A stretch of DNA of 64,000 nt, from NCBI GenBank assembly GCA_035627515.1, contig DASPLQ010000012.1:1199705-1263704 (forward strand), written 5' to 3'. The DNA is from Vitreimonas sp. Lineage in GTDB: Bacteria > Patescibacteriota > Microgenomatia > UBA1400 > PJMF01. The translations under genes and the position numbers were made by a program. Below the pieces are notes generated by a model. That model had not been told where the DNA came from. It saw only the letters and a list, made by a program, of their open reading frames with translations, and did not search any database. Numbering within the stretch: position 1 is the stretch's first letter; the number at the start of each line of letters is the position of its first letter. This document shows positions 29,351 through 38,931 of the stretch, one piece after another.

Positions 29351-30223
29351 ATGTCTCGCCGCCTGATTGTTACCCACCACGCTCCAGATTTAGATGCTAT
29401 TGGCGCTGTATGGCTGCTCAAACGTTTTGACAGCCAGCATTATGCCGACGCCAAAATTGCTTTTGTAAATCCTGGTGACACTATCACTTTAGAAGAAGCC
29501 GAAGAATTTGGAGTCCAACTGCATGAAGTCACTCATGTGGATACAGGCTTAAGCGAATTTGATCATCACCAACCCGATCGCGGTTTGCAATATATTAGTG
29601 CCACCTCATTAGTGTATGACCATATTTGTAAAATTCACCCCGACTTAGTCGATGACAAAGCTTTAAAAATTGTGGTTGAGTTCACTACCGAGACTGATCA
29701 CCTTGGCGAAGTCCATTGGCCTGATGCATCATCTGCTCGGTATAACTTCATGATTCATGAATTAATCCGTGGCACTGAGTTTACTGACCCTCACACTGAT
29801 GACTCACAACTTCACTTTGGGATGATGTGTTTAGATAGTGCCTACGCTAGTCTCAAACAACACGTCCGGGCAGCTGAGATCGTCGCTAACGAAGGCATTC
29901 AATTTGATATTAAGATCGGTAAATGTTTAGCGGTAGAAACTCGGAATGACGACACTATTAAGCTGGCTCAAAAACAAGGCTATGTGCTAGTCATTCGCAA
30001 AGACCCTGAAGAAGGTAACATCCGCATCAAAGCCCGCCCTGATGTTGAGCTGAGCCTTAACGCAGCAGCAGAGGCAATCACTAAGCTCGATACTAAAGGC
30101 AGTTGGTACAATCATCCCAGTGGCAAAATGTTAATTAATGGCTCCCGCAAACACCGCAACCAAAAAGCTAGTCCACTGACATTGAATCAAGTGATTGAGA
30201 TTATTAAGAGACTATATTCATAA
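29351..30223 (+). CDS. DHH-family phosphoesterase (NrnA-like)
   Basis: 290 aa. HHAPDLDAIGA (motifs I/II) and FDHHQPD (DHH motif). Confidence 0.6.
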   Translation: MSRRLIVTHHAPDLDAIGAVWLLKRFDSQHYADAKIAFVNPGDTITLEEAEEFGVQLHEVTHVDTGLSEFDHHQPDRGLQYISATSLVYDHICKIHPDLVDDKALKIVVEFTTETDHLGEVHWPDASSARYNFMIHELIRGTEFTDPHTDDSQLHFGMMCLDSAYASLKQHVRAAEIVANEGIQFDIKIGKCLAVETRNDDTIKLAQKQGYVLVIRKDPEEGNIRIKARPDVELSLNAAAEAITKLDTKGSWYNHPSGKMLINGSRKHRNQKASPLTLNQVIEIIKRLYS

Positions 30224-30227
30224 AAAT

Positions 30228-30995
30228 ATGCCAAATGATGAAAGCTCTAAATGGTGGCTTCAAGGACAATTTGCTGAGCGGTGGCAAAAACCCGATGCTT
30301 CACCCCAAACAGCTAATAGTAGTCATAAAAGTGAAAACTCACCCTGGTGGCATAGTCATTTAAAACCCCAGGATCTAGCACTACCCGTTGAACCCCCTGT
30401 AAATAATGAATTTCATGAGAACCTGATCGCGACTTTTGGTTGGAAGTTGCATTTAAATTTCGACGCACAAAACCCCAAAAATAAATCCAATATTGAAGCT
30501 CTTCGATTATTTCTAAGCCAATTAAAAAATGATGGCTCCATTGCTCATTACAAAATTGGCGATGGAGGTGGTAAAGCAGATGATCAGCCAGGCAAAGAAG
30601 CAACAGTGTATGTTGGTTCTAGGAAAAAAGCTAAAGAAGCAGCGAAGAAAATCTTAGATAACAAAACAGTTAAAGAATTTTTACTCCCAGCAGAAGATTC
30701 AACTTTAATTGATGATGTACCATATGATTCATTAACTGGTGATTTCTTAATTAGCGAAGATTCTGTTGCAAGCATAGACAAGTTACCGTCTAACCTAAGC
30801 TATTTAATTATGGGAAGGTTCGATATTAGTAAAAAGAATCCTGACTTTCATCAATATGGTGGACATGGAATTCCACTCTTAAAAGTTGACGCGCCAGTGC
30901 CATGGGATCCGAGAGAACCTGCTGAAAGAATCAATAATAAACGGAAAGCATATAAAGCATTAGTTAAAGAATACGGAACCTTTTTCACAGGATAA
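30228..30995 (+). CDS. hypothetical protein
   Basis: ATG at 30228 lies 4 nt after the DHH stop (the track ORF from 30195 overlaps the DHH gene). No recognisable motif. Gly-rich segment IGDGGGKADDQPGKEATVYVGS. Confidence 0.45.
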   Translation: MPNDESSKWWLQGQFAERWQKPDASPQTANSSHKSENSPWWHSHLKPQDLALPVEPPVNNEFHENLIATFGWKLHLNFDAQNPKNKSNIEALRLFLSQLKNDGSIAHYKIGDGGGKADDQPGKEATVYVGSRKKAKEAAKKILDNKTVKEFLLPAEDSTLIDDVPYDSLTGDFLISEDSVASIDKLPSNLSYLIMGRFDISKKNPDFHQYGGHGIPLLKVDAPVPWDPREPAERINNKRKAYKALVKEYGTFFTG

Positions 30996-30999
30996 CTCT

Positions 31000-31473
31000 A
31001 TGCACAAACCCGACTGTATTTTTTGTTTAATTGCTCAAGGCCAAGCTCCTTGCCACAAAGTGTGGGAAGATGATAAACACCTGGCATTTTTGTCGATTTT
31101 TCCGAATACCGAAGGCTTCACTGTAGTGATTCCTAAAGAACATCATGGTAGTTATGCCTTTGAACAAGATGACCAAGTCTTAAAAGATTTAATTGTAGCT
31201 GTCAAAAAAGTAGCTCACATTTTGGATAACTACTTTGAGGACGTCAGCAGATGCGGGATGTTTTTTGAAGGCTTTGGCGTGGATCACTTACATGCCAAGT
31301 TGTTTCCGATGCATGGCACTGGTAACTTAGCGGAATGGAAACCAATTGAAAGTGAAGCGCAAAATCGCCGTTATTTCGACAAGTATCCTGGTTATTTATC
31401 ATCGAATGACTCTGAACGAGCTGATGATGCCAAGTTGGCAAAATTAGCTGAAAACCTCCGCGAATCATCATAG
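31000..31473 (+). CDS. HIT-like hydrolase family protein
   Basis: 157 aa. CIFCLIAQGQAP...FLSIFPNTEGFTVVIPKEH and DHLHAKLFP (degenerate HxHxH). Confidence 0.55.
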   Translation: MHKPDCIFCLIAQGQAPCHKVWEDDKHLAFLSIFPNTEGFTVVIPKEHHGSYAFEQDDQVLKDLIVAVKKVAHILDNYFEDVSRCGMFFEGFGVDHLHAKLFPMHGTGNLAEWKPIESEAQNRRYFDKYPGYLSSNDSERADDAKLAKLAENLRESS

Positions 31474-31590
31474 TTTGAGTCTAATCTGGACTTCCTGTTA
31501 TTTTTCCGTTATAATTACGAGCTTTGAAAGCATAGCCTAATTGGGGACCAAAGTGATCCAATTAGCCTGGAAAGGAGGTGTTCTTCTCTA

Positions 31591-31842
31591 ATGCCAATTA
31601 TTATTAAAGCTCAAGGTAATGATTCTACTAATGATTTGATTAAGAAGTTTAAGAAGGTAGTGGTGGCTACTGACATCGTACAAACTGTCAAGGACCGTCG
31701 CTATTATCAAAAACCCTCCCGCGTCAAAGCCGTCCGAACTATCGAGAAGAAACGTTTGCAAAAACGTGTCCGTAGTTTGAAACGCATGAAAAACGTTTCC
31801 CCACAAGTTTTGACTCGTATTCAAGAGAGAATTAATTCATAA
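31591..31842 (+). CDS. rpsU: 30S ribosomal protein S21 (bS21), C-terminally extended
   Basis: 83 aa. MPIIIKAQGNDSTNDLIKKFKK...YYQKPSRVKAVRTIEKKR. RBS GGAAAGGAGGTG. Confidence 0.8.
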   Translation: MPIIIKAQGNDSTNDLIKKFKKVVVATDIVQTVKDRRYYQKPSRVKAVRTIEKKRLQKRVRSLKRMKNVSPQVLTRIQERINS

Positions 31843-31859
31843 CTCTTTACTTTGAACCA

Positions 31860-31892
31860 AGGCCCCCTACCTAAAAAGTAGGGGGTTTTTTG
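31860..31892 (+). terminator. rho-independent terminator after rpsU
   Basis: GCCCCCTACCTAAAAAGTAGGGGGTTTTTT. Confidence 0.8.
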
Positions 31893-31920
31893 TTGTAGGC
31901 GAAATGCGTATACTAGTTTC

Positions 31921-33216
31921 ATGACGTACATTGCTGCCCTGCGTGCGCGCACGATTCTTGATTCCCGCGGAACTCCCACTATTGAAACTGATGTTATTCT
32001 CAATGATGGCTCGATGGGCAGAGCCAGCGTTCCTAGTGGCGCTAGCACGGGCACCCATGAGTCTTTAGAACTTCGTGATGGTGATCAAACTCGCTTTTTT
32101 GGTAAAGGTGTCCAAAAGGCTGTTGATTTTGTTAATAATGAGCTTTGTCACGCCTTGACTAATAACAATCCCCTAGATCAAGAAAATTGTGATCAGGAAC
32201 TGGTGATGAGAGATGGGACAGCTAATCTTTCTCGGTATGGTGCTAACACTCTTTTAAGTATTTCCTTAGCCCTCTCCAAAGCCGCTGCTGCTAGTTTAAA
32301 TATTCCTTATTATCAGTATGTGCGCGAACTTTATCATCGCTTAACCCCGCGGTATCACAGTGGCGACTTATCAGCCAAACTGACAGAGCCTTTACCTCAA
32401 CCAATGTTTAACTTAATGAATGGTGGAGCTCACACTGATTGGCAAAGTACTAACTTTCAAGAGTTTATGATTGTGCCACACGCAGCCAAGAACTTCTCCC
32501 AAGCTGTAGAGTGGGGCAGTGAAGTCTACCACCATCTCAAAGCTGTGCTTAAAAGTCGTGGTTATATCACCTTAGTCGGTGATGAAGGTGGCTTTGCCCC
32601 GGCACTTAAAAATGATGAAGAAGCCTTGGAAATTTTACTGCAAGCGATTGAGAAAGCTGGTTTCAAACCTGGTGAGCACATTAGCTTAGCCCTTGATCCT
32701 GCCACCTCTGAGTTGTATGAAAATGGCATTTATAATTTACGAATTACGAATCAACATCTAACGAGTGCACAACTGATAGAGATGTGGCAAGACTGGGTTC
32801 GCCAATATCCGATCATCTCAATTGAGGATGGCCTAGCCGAAGACGACTGGCAAGGGTGGCAAGACTTAAATCAGGCTTTGGGTCAGAAAATTCTACTCGT
32901 CGGCGATGACTTCCTGGTAACCAATACTGAACGCATCGAGCGCGCCCAGCTTCAACCTTCGTGCAATGCGTTATTAACCAAAGTTAACCAAATCGGCACC
33001 TTGTCCGAGACGTTACATGCCATTTTACTCAGCCGGCAAGCAGGGTGGAAAATTATCATGTCACATCGCAGTGGCGAGACAGAAGACACCACTATTGCAG
33101 AGTTGGCAATTGGGGTGGCAGCAGAGTATGTGAAGATGGGTTCTTTAGCCCGCAGCGAGCGGACTGCTAAGTACAATCAGTTATTAAGAATCGAAGAAGT
33201 ATTGTCTAACCGTTAA
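31921..33216 (+). CDS. eno: enolase (phosphopyruvate hydratase)
   Basis: 431 aa. N-terminal region (ILDSRGTPTIETDVIL...GASTGTHE) and Mg-binding/catalytic region (SHRSGETEDTTIAELAIGVAA) of enolase. Confidence 0.9.
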   Translation: MTYIAALRARTILDSRGTPTIETDVILNDGSMGRASVPSGASTGTHESLELRDGDQTRFFGKGVQKAVDFVNNELCHALTNNNPLDQENCDQELVMRDGTANLSRYGANTLLSISLALSKAAAASLNIPYYQYVRELYHRLTPRYHSGDLSAKLTEPLPQPMFNLMNGGAHTDWQSTNFQEFMIVPHAAKNFSQAVEWGSEVYHHLKAVLKSRGYITLVGDEGGFAPALKNDEEALEILLQAIEKAGFKPGEHISLALDPATSELYENGIYNLRITNQHLTSAQLIEMWQDWVRQYPIISIEDGLAEDDWQGWQDLNQALGQKILLVGDDFLVTNTERIERAQLQPSCNALLTKVNQIGTLSETLHAILLSRQAGWKIIMSHRSGETEDTTIAELAIGVAAEYVKMGSLARSERTAKYNQLLRIEEVLSNR

Positions 33217-33273
33217 CCTTGTCATATTTGCTACTCCTTTACCTGGTAGATACCTTTTGAGTACGATAATTGA

Positions 33274-34560
33274 ATGCCAGTTGCTCTGCCCACCAAAAAT
33301 CATGGCCTAAGTTCTTCACACAACTTATTATCAAACTCTTTATTTGCCTTGTTGTACTATTCGGGGCTGATTTTTTTAGTGAGTTGGGCTGATGGCATCA
33401 TGGCGTACGTGACTCCAATTTACATCACAGAGCACGTCAGTCACCCGGTGCTGATGGGATTCGTGATGGCTTTTTCTTCGATCGTCGGTATTAACTGTGA
33501 TTTACTGTTTGCCAAGCGATTACATGGTAAAAGATATAGTTACTTTCTATTTCAAACTTCGTTTTTTGCCTTGTTAGCAGGGTTATGTTATGTAGTCTTT
33601 TCACCTAATGTGGCCATTCTCTTATTGATCGTAGGTTTGTGGGGTATTTACTATGAGTTGCTCCAGTTTTCTAACTTTCATTTCATTCATACTTTTTTAA
33701 GTACATCCCAACATACACTAGGGTGGAGTACTGTGATGAATGCCAAATACATGGCCTTGTTAGTAGCGCCTTTAACCGCTTCTTACCTGATGGAAGATAC
33801 TGAGTTTCCGGCTTTCTACTTTATGATTACCTTGCATCTTATTGCCATCGTGTTTTTATTTATTTTTACTACATTAACACCCAAACAATCTCAACCGACT
33901 TTGCCGGCAGAGAAGCAGCGTCATAACCCTAAAATTCAAGAGTTTCGAATTTGGCAGGTTTTGATAAAGCGATTATGGCCCATTTATTTATTTGTGTTGA
34001 CCTTATCAGTGCTTGACTCAGTGTACTGGACTGTAGGGGCTCTACTCTCAGAACACATGGCGGATCCTTATAAAGGGGTACTGTTAACGTTAAATGCGTT
34101 ACCTGCTTTATTTGTCAGTTACTTCATTCAAAAAGCTTTTGTGAACTACAGTAAAAAAAGGACTGCTTTCTTATTAGCTTTAGCTGGCTCGTGTTGTTTA
34201 TTTTTTGTGGGGTTTGTTACTCATCCAGTCTTATTACTGAGCTTAATTTTCATTTCATCTTGTTTTACGGTCAGTGCCTGGCCACTGATTTTGGCAACCT
34301 ATGAAGATTATGTGGCGCGCAGTGATGAGTATGGCAATGACTTAATTGGCTTCGAAAACTCAGCTATCAGTTTGTCATATATTTTGGGACCCATTTTTGC
34401 GAGTACTACTGCCAGTTTAGTGGGTGAACAACAAACGTTTAGTATCGTCGCTCTTTTATTGGGTAGTGTCAGTTTATTAGCTTTAGCTGTCACACCGCGA
34501 AAAATTCGCTTGCCTCAAAGTGAGATTATTGCCCTAGAAAAGCCATTGCACATGCCTTAG
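33274..34560 (+). CDS. MFS-like multi-pass membrane transporter
   Basis: 428 aa, about 12 predicted TM helices in a 6+6 arrangement with central loop. Confidence 0.45.
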   Translation: MPVALPTKNHGLSSSHNLLSNSLFALLYYSGLIFLVSWADGIMAYVTPIYITEHVSHPVLMGFVMAFSSIVGINCDLLFAKRLHGKRYSYFLFQTSFFALLAGLCYVVFSPNVAILLLIVGLWGIYYELLQFSNFHFIHTFLSTSQHTLGWSTVMNAKYMALLVAPLTASYLMEDTEFPAFYFMITLHLIAIVFLFIFTTLTPKQSQPTLPAEKQRHNPKIQEFRIWQVLIKRLWPIYLFVLTLSVLDSVYWTVGALLSEHMADPYKGVLLTLNALPALFVSYFIQKAFVNYSKKRTAFLLALAGSCCLFFVGFVTHPVLLLSLIFISSCFTVSAWPLILATYEDYVARSDEYGNDLIGFENSAISLSYILGPIFASTTASLVGEQQTFSIVALLLGSVSLLALAVTPRKIRLPQSEIIALEKPLHMP

Positions 34561-34571
34561 TTAGGCGTACC

Positions 34572-34919
34572 TTACTTACGGCGGCGTGACTTGCGAGGTA
34601 ATTTTTTTTCAATGCGGTGCAAACTAGCTTGAATCTCATCTTCGCTGTCACGTGACTCAGCACTGCCTTTGTGAATCAAAAAGCTAGTTAACACCACCAT
34701 GCTTAATAATTGCAGAAATTCTGATTGCCAGTTTTCAAAAGTTGCAGCCCAAAACTCAGGCATAAACTCTTCAACAACCGCTGGCTGTTGATGCGCTTGG
34801 GCATTGGAAACAAATTCTTGCCACTGAAAATAAGCTTGTCCCATCCAACTAAAAATAAAAAGTGCTAACAGGGTTAAACTCAAATTGTAATCTTTTAAAA
34901 GTTTCTCCATCAGCTGCAT
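34572..34919 (-). CDS. small membrane protein, hypothetical
   Basis: 115 aa, two hydrophobic helices, basic C-terminus (KKLPRKSRRRK). Confidence 0.4.
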   Translation of the reverse strand: MQLMEKLLKDYNLSLTLLALFIFSWMGQAYFQWQEFVSNAQAHQQPAVVEEFMPEFWAATFENWQSEFLQLLSMVVLTSFLIHKGSAESRDSEDEIQASLHRIEKKLPRKSRRRK

Positions 34920-35049
34920 GTCGCTCCTTTTTAGTCAAAAATAATATAAATATTGACTAGGAGAGATAGCATATCCAGACACTTTAAAAAAAGCGCCCCA
35001 AATCTGTAAGACTTTGACAAGAATTTTAATGGATTGATAGCTAAAATTT

Positions 35050-35634
35050 TTAAGCCGCTTTTTTACGGGGCTTAACTTTGGCGCGAATGTTGAACTCCCA
35101 CTGGTCTCCATCACTGGTGTCAAAACTGGTGGAGTTAGTCAATTGATAATAATTAACTAAGTGGTTACTTAATGTTTCTTCCAACTCTTTTTTCTGTTCA
35201 TTGATCTCGCCAATTTGAACTTTAAGTGAAGTTACTTGTGGATCAGATTGTAGTTTAGCTTTGCGCTCTTTGAGTTGTTCTGAAACCACTTGCATTTGAG
35301 CTTCGGCTTCACCTAACTGGGTATCATTTTCAAAAATATTTTTTAGTGACTCACGTTTGTGTTTAATTTCCTCACCTAACCGTTCCAGTTCATTAGCATT
35401 CCGCTCGATGACATTTTGCAGTGATGTGAGCGTTTGAGCGATTTGATCAGAGGCTACGGCCTCATCGTCGGAATCAGAACTAGGAGCAGAGGAGTTTGGG
35501 GCAGTAGGCTGACCTGAGGCTTGTGATAAAGCCTCTAAGGCCAAATCATCGCCACTTTTTAACTGTAAAGCATCTTCACCTGCCTCGAGTGCTGGGGTGT
35601 TAGGTTGATTGGATTGAGAGTTATTGTCGTTCAT
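35050..35634 (-). CDS. acidic coiled-coil protein, hypothetical
   Basis: 194 aa. Disordered Asp/Ser/Gln-rich N-terminus and a long heptad-like segment (LERLGEEIKHKRESLKNIFEND...). Confidence 0.45.
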   Translation of the reverse strand: MNDNNSQSNQPNTPALEAGEDALQLKSGDDLALEALSQASGQPTAPNSSAPSSDSDDEAVASDQIAQTLTSLQNVIERNANELERLGEEIKHKRESLKNIFENDTQLGEAEAQMQVVSEQLKERKAKLQSDPQVTSLKVQIGEINEQKKELEETLSNHLVNYYQLTNSTSFDTSDGDQWEFNIRAKVKPRKKAA

Positions 35635-35812
35635 ACGATCCTTAATTGTTGGTCTGTTTCCACTTGGAAAGCAGATCTAATTCTTTAGTGACTACTCTGT
35701 ATACCATATCTCAAAAAGCTTGCCTACGTGGAGTTAATGATCAGCAATAGTTTTTAATTTATTTTTCAGATCGCCTCTTGAACAACATCTGTGATCAATA
35801 GATAATAAAAGT

Positions 35813-37216
35813 ATGAAAAAGTTGACAAAAATAGTAGCGACCATTGGCCCAGCTACCGAAGCAGAAACTATCATGGCAGATATGATCCATGCGGGCATGA
35901 ACGTGGCTCGGTTTAATACTAAACATTCTGACCCTCAATGGCACAATCAGTTTATTCAACAAATCAAAAAAGTAGCTAATGATTTACATCAACCTGTGGG
36001 AGTGTTACTTGATTTACAAGGTCCTGAAGTTCGTATTGATTTACCCGGTGAACCTTTTGCTGTAGCCAAAGGTGATTCTGTCACTTTTACCAGCGATCGC
36101 ACTGTGCAAGGCGATAAAATTGTCTGGGTTCCGGAAGACGTGGTGCGTTCTCTCCAACCCGGCAATAGCATTTTATTAGAAGATGGTGCCTGCGAGTTTA
36201 GCGTCATCAGCCACACTGAAAATGCTTTGATCTGCAAAGCTGAAATAGAGTGTACGGTAAAAACTCGCAAAACCATGAATACACCGGGAGTGGTATTGAG
36301 CATGCCATCTCTGACAGATCGCGATTATCAATTTTTAGACCATGTTGATCTTAACAATGTGGATTTTGTCGGTTTGTCGTTTGTTCGTAACAAGGAAGAT
36401 GTTGCTATTCTTCGCAGTGAGTTAGAAAAACGCAATTCACAAGCAGACATCGTTGCGAAAATTGAAAACCAGCAGGCGCTCGATAATATTGATGAACTGA
36501 TTCAAGTTTCTGATGCAGTGATGGTGGCTCGCGGTGACTTAGGAGTTGAAGTGCCATTTCAGGAGTTAACATACTGGCAAAGATTAATTATTGATAAGTG
36601 TCGCGTTGCTAGTAAACCGGTGATTACTGCTACTGAGATGTTGAAATCAATGATCGAAAAACCTCGCCCGACTCGTGCCGAAGTCAGCGACGTTGCTCAT
36701 GCCATTTATGATGGCACAGATGCCATTATGCTTTCCGATGAGACCACGATTGGAAAATATCCGCTCAAAGCCGTAGCGGCTCAAACTGCGATTGCAGAAT
36801 TCAACGAGCAGCACACTAAATGCTCAATTGAAGTGGGCAAGAGTATCGATAGCACCGCGGCCATTGCTCAAGCCGCTTCCGATATTATTGAAAATAGTAA
36901 TATTCCCTTAGATAAAATTATTTGCTTAACTGAAACCGGCCGTACTGCTCGTCTTATCGCTCGTTTTCATCCGCTCATTCCCATTTATACGTTAACGCAC
37001 TCAACTAGTGTGGCCCAAAAACTGACATTGTCATATGGTGTTTCACCATTGTTCATTGATCCTTCTCAACCTGAGATTCAGACTGAAGAAGGCTTGCTCC
37101 AACAATGTAAAGAAATGAAGATCGTAGATAGTGGTGATCAAATTTTGTTGATTCGCGGTAAATTTTGGCGTCAATCAGGACTTACTAATACGGTATCAAT
37201 TATTACTATTCCATAA
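35813..37216 (+). CDS. pyk: pyruvate kinase
   Basis: 467 aa. KIVATIGP...; MVARGDLGVE; no PEP-utiliser C-terminal domain. Confidence 0.9.
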   Translation: MKKLTKIVATIGPATEAETIMADMIHAGMNVARFNTKHSDPQWHNQFIQQIKKVANDLHQPVGVLLDLQGPEVRIDLPGEPFAVAKGDSVTFTSDRTVQGDKIVWVPEDVVRSLQPGNSILLEDGACEFSVISHTENALICKAEIECTVKTRKTMNTPGVVLSMPSLTDRDYQFLDHVDLNNVDFVGLSFVRNKEDVAILRSELEKRNSQADIVAKIENQQALDNIDELIQVSDAVMVARGDLGVEVPFQELTYWQRLIIDKCRVASKPVITATEMLKSMIEKPRPTRAEVSDVAHAIYDGTDAIMLSDETTIGKYPLKAVAAQTAIAEFNEQHTKCSIEVGKSIDSTAAIAQAASDIIENSNIPLDKIICLTETGRTARLIARFHPLIPIYTLTHSTSVAQKLTLSYGVSPLFIDPSQPEIQTEEGLLQQCKEMKIVDSGDQILLIRGKFWRQSGLTNTVSIITIP

Positions 37217-37224
37217 GGAGTACT

Positions 37225-37485
37225 ATGTCGAAAAAAGGGAGTCTCTTGACTCTAGTCGCTGGCGTTGCAGCTGGAGCTGCCGCTTTATTTTTCTCTAAAA
37301 AAGCCAATCGGGAGATGGCCAAAAAGGAAATTCAAAAAGCAAGCACTAAGGTCAAGCAAGCTAAAAAAGAGGTCAAAAAAGCTGTGACTAAAGTCAAAGC
37401 TCAAACCAAAAAAGTAGCCAGTAAAGCCCCTAAAGCTGCTCCTAAAAAAGCTGTCAAAAAAAGCAAAGCTAAAAAAAGTAAATAA
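37225..37485 (+). CDS. membrane-anchored lysine-rich (histone H1-like / YtxH-like) small protein
   Basis: 86 aa. N-terminal hydrophobic helix (LLTLVAGVAAGAAALFF) then (A/V)KK repeats. Confidence 0.5.
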   Translation: MSKKGSLLTLVAGVAAGAAALFFSKKANREMAKKEIQKASTKVKQAKKEVKKAVTKVKAQTKKVASKAPKAAPKKAVKKSKAKKSK

Positions 37486-37518
37486 TTTTATTTTAGATTA
37501 GTTCATCAAATGGCATCG

Positions 37519-38931
37519 CTATAAGCGGTGCCATTTTTGTAAATGATGATCAATATTGCCATCAAAAAATTGACGCAAATAAACGTCTTTAGTTTGTCTT
37601 CCTAGAAGATAGGGGAGTTGACGAGAAGCCACATACATTCGGGGCATAAGATTGATGAAGATAGCCGCCGCGATTAACGTCAATAACGGGAGTTTCCAAG
37701 CCGGTTTTTTATCAAAAAGCAGTTTAATATACCAAAAGACACATATACCCAAAACAATAAAGCCTGACAACGCATAGCGAGTCGATAAAGGGGGCACAAA
37801 CCACCAAATGAGCCACTGAGCTAAACCAAAAATCCACAACGTGGTCAGTTTACGATCTGCCTTCCTTTGCCAGCAGTCATAGCCTGCTAGAGGCAAGGCC
37901 AGAAATAAAACTGACACATAATCACGACTAAAAAGTGTCAACTGTATCAAAGACCAAGGGAAAGAGATAATACGCTCACTCAGATAACTAACACCGCTAC
38001 TGCCACCACTAATCTCATCTAAACGGCCTAAATGCAGTAGAGCAGACAAAAAAGGTGTGCCGGCATACCAAAAGGTGTAAAGATAAAAAGGTGCAACCAC
38101 TAAGGCACTCGTTACCAAGAACACACATACCTTCTGCCACCGCTTAGTCATTAACCACACGAGGAGTAACATCACTGGCCACAACAACACTGAAAATAAT
38201 TTAGTCGCCAGTGAGGCCCCAAAAAATAAACCACTCCACATCGTGTGCTGATGTCTAGAACTCTGATGATCCACCGCTTGTAACAGCAACCACAAGCTCG
38301 CTACTTCCCACATCGCCTTTGCCACATCCACATAGAAACTACTTGCTTGCCACGTCATAACCTGATAGGTAGAGATGAAAAGCACAGTCGCTAAAGCCCA
38401 GTGACGAGGCAGCACATGGCGTGCCAATGCATAACTCACTGCCATACAACTCAACGCTAAACCATACGCCACTACTTTCGCTCCCATATCACCAGCAGCT
38501 TGATAGCCTAATAAAAACAACACATCGGAAAACAGAGGATTAAGTGATTGGTAATAATCAGGAAGGTATATGATGCGACCTAAAGTCAGGAACTGCTCCA
38601 CGATTGGCAAGTGATACCAAACAGCATCGAACCCGGTTTCCGGCATCAATACTCCCAAACCATGCATCAGCCATATGAGGCCAAACACAGTCACCATTAG
38701 TTTTTCAATTACCTTCAGACCAGAAAAGCTGATTACCACTTGCCAACCTAATCGCATGAGAAAAAAACTGGGAAAAAGTAAAATCAGGTAAAGTGGCAAA
38801 AACAAACCACCTGCCCACCCCACCAGTGTGGTAATCACAGCACAACTAAACCAACTGACCATTAACCAAAAAAGGTGCGTTTTATTTTTTTGCTCTGGTT
38901 TGGGAACTTGAAGCGGTTTCTTTAGTACCAT
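37519..38931 (-). CDS. GT39/GT83-like (PMT/ArnT-type) membrane glycosyltransferase family protein
   Basis: Multi-TM protein with ArnT/PMT-like topology. Start uncertain: ATG 38931 overlaps the RND gene 3' end; alternative ATG 38862; the track ORF begins at 38997. Confidence 0.4.
   Translation of the reverse strand: MVLKKPLQVPKPEQKNKTHLFWLMVSWFSCAVITTLVGWAGGLFLPLYLILLFPSFFLMRLGWQVVISFSGLKVIEKLMVTVFGLIWLMHGLGVLMPETGFDAVWYHLPIVEQFLTLGRIIYLPDYYQSLNPLFSDVLFLLGYQAAGDMGAKVVAYGLALSCMAVSYALARHVLPRHWALATVLFISTYQVMTWQASSFYVDVAKAMWEVASLWLLLQAVDHQSSRHQHTMWSGLFFGASLATKLFSVLLWPVMLLLVWLMTKRWQKVCVFLVTSALVVAPFYLYTFWYAGTPFLSALLHLGRLDEISGGSSGVSYLSERIISFPWSLIQLTLFSRDYVSVLFLALPLAGYDCWQRKADRKLTTLWIFGLAQWLIWWFVPPLSTRYALSGFIVLGICVFWYIKLLFDKKPAWKLPLLTLIAAAIFINLMPRMYVASRQLPYLLGRQTKDVYLRQFFDGNIDHHLQKWHRL

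Noticed and set aside
31821-32058. Two minus-strand ORFs across the rpsU terminator and the eno start
   Set aside because: They overlap the rpsU terminator hairpin and the conserved enolase N-terminus in antisense.
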